A stretch of 63,830 nt of DNA, the filler included, from Limisphaerales bacterium (GTDB lineage: Bacteria; Verrucomicrobiota; Verrucomicrobiia; Limisphaerales; SIBE01): the NCBI GenBank assembly GCA_044225505.1. It is 8 parts of 8 records of this genome, joined end to end, with 100 filler letters (N's around TTAATTAATTAA, not from the genome) between each part and the next. Parts side by side here need not be neighbours in the genome. Positions count along the whole stretch, not along the records: positions 52,845 to 61,220 come from JBGAIN010000266.1; positions 61,321 to 63,830 come from JBGAIN010000335.1; 6 more parts are not named here. One strand, given 5' to 3'. Below the pieces are notes generated by a model, which did not search any database, had not been told where the DNA came from, and saw nothing but the letters and a program-made list of their open reading frames with translations. Made by a program: the position numbers and the translations under genes. This document shows, piece after piece, positions 60,201 through 63,830 of this stretch; position 1 is the first letter of the stretch, and each line of letters starts with the position of its first letter.

Positions 60201-61027
60201 GGGCCTAAAGGCAGCCCTGCTGACTCTGGGACAACCATGACCAACGGTTGAGATCGATCCACCACTTGGGGGATACACCACGGCGCCTCATCCACGGGAC
60301 CGGACAAGGAGATCGTTAATGGACTAATCCCGGCGATTCCGCTTTCCACGCCGACCCCTTGCTGCAATTGCGCCACTTTGTGTTCTCGGTCGATCAAATA
60401 TAGCATTGCGAACGGGACGTCGTCCGGATTTCTGCTCAGCGTTGCTACTGCTGAGGCGCAGGCCGATTCGGCAGACTTTTCGATCAGGGCTTTCGCCGCT
60501 AGTTCAGAAAGCGTCCTCAGCCGACGGGTATGGAGCACTTTGGCGGTGACCTCCGCGGACGGGCAGAACAAACCAGCGACAGCACCCGAGTCATCGCGAA
60601 TCGGACTATAAGAAAACGAGTAAAAGGTCTCTTCCAGGAACTCGCCGCGCCGCATGAACAACCGCACGTCGTCGACGAATGATGCCTCGCCCTTCTGAAA
60701 AACCTTGTCTGCAAGTGGACCGCAAAAATCCCAGATTTCCGCCCAGACTAGTGCCGCGGGTTTACCCAGTGCCCATGGATGCTTTGCCAGACTCAGAACC
60801 TGGACGTAGGCATCGTTGTAGAGAAACGTGGCGTCGTGACCCCATCCGATCCACATCGGATGCTGGGAATTGAGCATCAGACTGACCGCAGTTCTCAGCC
60901 CTTGAGGCCATTTCCCCAAAGGGCCCAACGGTGTCGTGGTCCAGGGATACGCGCCGATTCGTTCGGCCATTTCGCCGCCCCCAGTCAGAAAACTGGTTTC
61001 ACTCCCCGACGTCGGTACGGAGTTCAT
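57266..61027 (-). CDS. Hybrid sensor kinase (PAS-GAF-HisKA-HATPase-REC-PAS-PAS-HisKA-HATPase)
   Basis: SHEFRTPL, NAFKFT, GSGIGL; receiver DDNADMR, DVMMP, KPF; second kinase SHDMRAPL, NAVKF, GTGIGL. Confidence 0.95.
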   Translation of the reverse strand: MNSVPTSGSETSFLTGGGEMAERIGAYPWTTTPLGPLGKWPQGLRTAVSLMLNSQHPMWIGWGHDATFLYNDAYVQVLSLAKHPWALGKPAALVWAEIWDFCGPLADKVFQKGEASFVDDVRLFMRRGEFLEETFYSFSYSPIRDDSGAVAGLFCPSAEVTAKVLHTRRLRTLSELAAKALIEKSAESACASAVATLSRNPDDVPFAMLYLIDREHKVAQLQQGVGVESGIAGISPLTISLSGPVDEAPWCIPQVVDRSQPLVMVVPESAGLPLGPARQPVAQALVLPVTSRGQERPLGILVAAVNPTRKLDADYRTFYELIAGQIASAIQNARAAEEEKRRADMLLELDRAKTAFFSNVSHEFRTPLTLMLSPVEELLARSHTDLTPAAKKQLEMVNRNGYRLLRLVNSLLDFSRIEAGRVQACFEATDLATFTADLASVFRAATERAGLTLTVDCPRLSQLVYVDRDMWEKIVLNLLSNAFKFTFDGGIFVSIRETNSQAELQVRDTGVGIAAEEMPRLFERFHRIETTRSRTHEGSGIGLALIQELVKLHGGTVRAESGVGQGTSFFVSIPLGTGHLSSDQVDRPRASTSTAMGAAPFVEEALRWLPEELPSESAIDKTTSATLLPFPCPQPEGSSLEKRPRVIIADDNADMRQYLARLLSERYDVVAVPDGVAALAEAQERRPDLVLSDVMMPHLDGFGLLKELRTHPTTRTLPVILLSARAGEESRVEGLSQGADDYLVKPFAARELLARVESHLTLARVRQENEQRVTQILDNITDGFQLINREGHLHQLNSAARRIFSIEGLNPDAMIGRHYFDEVFPDALQNEGGKALARTLQQREPTFVEYFYRPWRRWFLVRHYPTSDGGVASFFQDITDRKQAEEALRDREFRLRQLADSMPQIVWAARPDGQIDYLNRKWSDRARDEANEAGDGGWTSALHPDDLLEYRQAWAASVATGEAFELEYRLRLPANAEYRWHLGRALPIRDETGKIERWFGTSTDMHEQKTAAEHLERVVEERTAKLRESILELEAFSYSISHDMRAPLRAMQGYADALLKDYQQSLDGTAIHYLERMRRAAYRLDMLIQDVLSYSKVAKGDVTLKPVDVTTVIKDVVQNYHHLQPPDAHVVLETSIPPVMGHEAHLTQIVSNLLGNAVKFVAPGVVPRIRISAIQENDLVRVLFEDNGIGIEPRHHAEIFKIFGRVYSEKQFEGTGIGLAIVKKAAERMGGSVSVASQLGKGSTFCLSLRPMT

Positions 61028-61220
61028 GCCTATTCTTCTCCTTTAGTAGCGCGGCGATCGACCGGGAACGCTGAGCGGATTGTCACCTCGGATTGGTTGA
61101 CCGATGAGCGCGAGGAAGTTTGGAGGTGCTTGCTCATAGCCGCCAAACCTTCGGCGGTTGTTGCCTAGGCACCCTCGGACTTGGAACGAGAATGGCACGG
61201 CCTAAATCTAAGAAAGGCGC

Positions 61221-61320
61221 NNNNNNNNNNNNNNNNNNNNNNNNNNNNNNNNNNNNNNNNNNNNTTAATTAATTAANNNNNNNNNNNNNNNNNNNNNNNN
61301 NNNNNNNNNNNNNNNNNNNN
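61221..61320. other. Artificial contig spacer
   Basis: N44-TTAATTAATTAA-N44. Confidence 0.99.
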
Positions 61321-61331
61321 CGGTCACCACA

Positions 61332-63377
61332 CTAGCGAGTCGCGGCTAAGTGGTTTCCGTCTAGAGAAGTGCTCAATGCCATGACCGCCCAACTGGAAGC
61401 CGCGGCGGAGATCCACGAATCACGCCCGTGCGGAAACCCGCTATCCATGGTCGGTTGAAACGGAAAGGCGCGGCGGCGGACATGCCAGGTTCCGTCGTCC
61501 AACTGCTCGCTGATCAGAAAGCGCTTGCCGTTCTCCAGGGTCGCCTCGAACCGCTTGGGATCGGCGGTGCGCTGGAGAGTATAAAGTGCCTGGGCGGTAG
61601 CGTAAGCATCCGGGGCAAGCCCCGGCAGCTGTGACCAACCGCCGTTTGAACGTTGATCGTTGGCCAGCGCCTCCGCCAAGGGCACCAGTTTTGCCTGAGC
61701 TTCACCGGCCCAGGAGAGACCGAGGATTTGATACACTTGTTCCTCAGTATTGTTCGGCCGAACGGTCCAAAGCCAGCCGCGTGCGCGATCGACGCGGGCT
61801 TTCATCTCGGCTCCGCGACCGGGCAGGGGATAATGCGTCAAAGCGTGAATGGCCAAAGCGGTCGCGCCAATATCGCTACTCTGCATGGGCGGGCGCGGCA
61901 AGTTATTGTACCATTGGCCATCTTTGCCTTGAATTGCTGCCAGGTGGTGCACCCACGAATCGGTGTTGGCATCGGCAGGGAGCTTCTCCGCGGCATACGC
62001 GAGCAGCGCATAGCCTTTGGTGTTTACAGGGTCCGGATGAAACAGGGCTTCCCAATCGACTTCCGCATTCTTTAACTCGCCGGTCTGGACCATACGGATA
62101 AGACGTTGCTCGGACGCGAGATCAACCGTGCCACGGATGAGTTTGGCGGACCCAAGAGCCGCCATGGGAAGGAATTGTTGGTGGCAGGACACACAGTCTT
62201 GGCGTGTCTGATGACGAACAAACGCTTCTTTCGACGCCAGAGAAGTCTGTTGAAGGAGAGGAATCGCGCGATTGATTGCCGCCATGACTGCGTCGGCGTC
62301 GGCACCGGCAGGCAGTTCGCGAGAACTGGCTTGGGCGGCACGAACTCGATCTGGCGTTTCGTTGGTTGCCCCGGCGTTACGCAGTGCTTCCAAGACGGGA
62401 GCGTTTCCCCGGCGACGCGCAAGCATGAGAGGCGTTTGCGGTGTGCCGCGAAATGCGTCGACATTTTCACCACCGCCGAGATTCGGGTTCGCACCCTTGC
62501 CGATCAACAAACGCACGAGCTCTGGATTCTGTTGTTCCGTGGATGCCGCCCAATGTAAAGGTGCATACCCGTCCATGGACCCGGCGAGATTCACACCAGC
62601 CCCGCGGGCGATCAGGACTCGGGCTGCTTCCGTTTGGTCGGCCCACGCAGCTTGAGAAAGGGGGGTTCCCAAGAGGCCCACACCATTAACGTCCGCTCCA
62701 GCATCGAGCAAAACGTTGATCGTCGTCGTATCGCCTCGGAACGCTGCCCACATCAAAGCACTGCGGCCTCCGCCCAGGACAAATGACTCGTGGCTAGCTC
62801 CAGGCTGCGCATTTACGGCGGAACCGTGGCGGAGGAGCAATCGCACGCTTTCGACATCTCCGCCCGCGGCCGCTGCCATGAGGGCCGTGGCTCCCCAGTT
62901 GTTGGTCGCAGCTGGATCAGCTCCATGTTCTAGCAGCATTTCCACGGTCCGATGCGAGTTCGCTGTCCGTGCCGCCAGCATCAGGGCGGTATTGCCAAGA
63001 ACCGAGCGGGTTTTGGCCTTCGCTCCGTGTTTTAACAAAAGTGCGGCTTTGTCAGCGTCGGACGCGGCGCGCATTAGCGCATCGGCACCCGCGAAATTCG
63101 TGGCATGCACGTCGGCGCCACGCTCGATCAGGAGCTGCATGCTGCTCAGGTCGCTATAAACGGCGGCCAGCATCAACGGCGTGTTTCCGAACTCGTCGCG
63201 CGGGTCGCTCTTTGGCGCCGCATCGAGCCAGCGCTCCAGTTGAGTTCGATCTCCTGCGCGGATGAGAGCCTGGAAAGCGGGTTGATTGTCGTGGGCTGGG
63301 TCTGCCGCGAAGGTCGAGGAAACAAGCTTAAGGGCCAGCAATAACGCCAGTCCTAATGTCGAATGAGTCATCTTCAT
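61332..63377 (-). CDS. Secreted ankyrin-repeat protein with a C-terminal prenyltransferase/squalene-cyclase-like barrel and a CxxCH motif
   Basis: GNTPLMLAA-type repeats, CVSCHQ, and QW-like motifs QGKDGQW, QRSNGGW and QLDDGTW. Confidence 0.9.
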   Translation of the reverse strand: MKMTHSTLGLALLLALKLVSSTFAADPAHDNQPAFQALIRAGDRTQLERWLDAAPKSDPRDEFGNTPLMLAAVYSDLSSMQLLIERGADVHATNFAGADALMRAASDADKAALLLKHGAKAKTRSVLGNTALMLAARTANSHRTVEMLLEHGADPAATNNWGATALMAAAAGGDVESVRLLLRHGSAVNAQPGASHESFVLGGGRSALMWAAFRGDTTTINVLLDAGADVNGVGLLGTPLSQAAWADQTEAARVLIARGAGVNLAGSMDGYAPLHWAASTEQQNPELVRLLIGKGANPNLGGGENVDAFRGTPQTPLMLARRRGNAPVLEALRNAGATNETPDRVRAAQASSRELPAGADADAVMAAINRAIPLLQQTSLASKEAFVRHQTRQDCVSCHQQFLPMAALGSAKLIRGTVDLASEQRLIRMVQTGELKNAEVDWEALFHPDPVNTKGYALLAYAAEKLPADANTDSWVHHLAAIQGKDGQWYNNLPRPPMQSSDIGATALAIHALTHYPLPGRGAEMKARVDRARGWLWTVRPNNTEEQVYQILGLSWAGEAQAKLVPLAEALANDQRSNGGWSQLPGLAPDAYATAQALYTLQRTADPKRFEATLENGKRFLISEQLDDGTWHVRRRAFPFQPTMDSGFPHGRDSWISAAASSWAVMALSTSLDGNHLAATR

Positions 63378-63628
63378 GGATTCAACTGTTTGCGTTCGAG
63401 AACCTGGTGAGGTTCGACTGCCGATGTTGATACTCTGCCCGTCGCCAGGGAGCAATGGGACGAAAGTGCTAGAGGGTTGCCGCGGTTGATCCAGGGATGA
63501 ATCGCACCCGTATATTCGAGACGAAGTTACTTGGGCATGCCCTCCTTCTTGTCTGCCGCTGACGCTCTGTGTCAACAAAGAGGTGCAATCCCAAAACGAG
63601 AATTGGTTCTCCTTCGCTCACGACCGGT

Positions 63629-63805
63629 TCAGAACAGCATGGGAACAGGATGAGACCAGGATCACGATCCTGTTCTCATAGGGGTCTCATCCTGTTCTCA
63701 TAGGGTTCTGAACGGATCAATCCCACTCGAACCCCGCTCCAATCCCAGTCCTATCCCACTCGTGAATGGGATATGACTGGGATTGGACTGGGATTCCACT
63801 GGGAT
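63629..63805. repeat. Two adjacent palindromic arrays of 11-bp units
   Basis: Block 1: TCAGAACAGCA TGGGAACAGGA TGAGACCAGGA / TCCTGTTCTCA TAGGGGTCTCA TCCTGTTCTCA TAGGGTTCTGA. Block 2: ATCCCACTCGA ACCCCGCTCCA ATCCCAGTCCT ATCCCACTCGT / ATGACTGGGAT TGGACTGGGAT TCCACTGGGAT. Confidence 0.88.
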
Positions 63806-63830
63806 CACGGCGTGCTGTCCATGGCACTGC

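Noticed and set aside
57266..61027. Kinase with two transmitter modules as a novelty
   Set aside because: This hybrid architecture is common in soil and aquatic bacteria.

Overview
This window is not one locus. It is eight unlinked contigs or contig pieces joined by artificial 100-bp spacers (N44-TTAATTAATTAA-N44) at 8382-8481, 17771-17870, 26900-26999, 35433-35532, 44248-44347, 52745-52844 and 61221-61320, so adjacency across a spacer means nothing. The gene families suggest a Verrucomicrobiota (subdivision 3-like) genome bin; this is inference from DUF1501/DUF1553, an H-X9-DG prepilin, an ECF sigma fusion, a PUR-alpha-like protein and an rpsP-khpA-trmD-rplS cluster without rimM. Contig 1 is the most unusual. 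It has two tandem paralogous uncharacterised genes, a 650-bp stack of different repeat families including a palindromic 11-bp-period array that recurs on contig 8, a DnaB-N/RepA(AAA_25) helicase followed by iteron-like repeats, a degenerate DNA-binding gene, a decayed controller (C)-like XRE gene with a C-box whose core recurs twice more, and a truncated type I-G cas3 preceded by a relic of a second cas3. Contig 2 is housekeeping (ubiD-like, pyrE, PTS IIA, argS, coaB-like, rplS, trmD, khpA, rpsP). Contig 3 has a large YprA/DUF1998-type helicase and an HEXXH gene interrupted by a complete ISL3 with an 8-bp target duplication. Contigs 4-8 carry SorA/cytochrome c, a beta-helix protein, a cyclophilin, an ECF fusion, toxin-antitoxin pairs, RAYT-derived miniature elements, a beta-propeller, DUF1553/DUF1501, a hybrid kinase and an ankyrin-prenyltransferase protein. 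Frameshifts occur even in argS, so many pseudogene calls may be assembly indels. I found no CRISPR array, tRNA or rRNA. All family assignments come from motif recognition by eye, not database searches.
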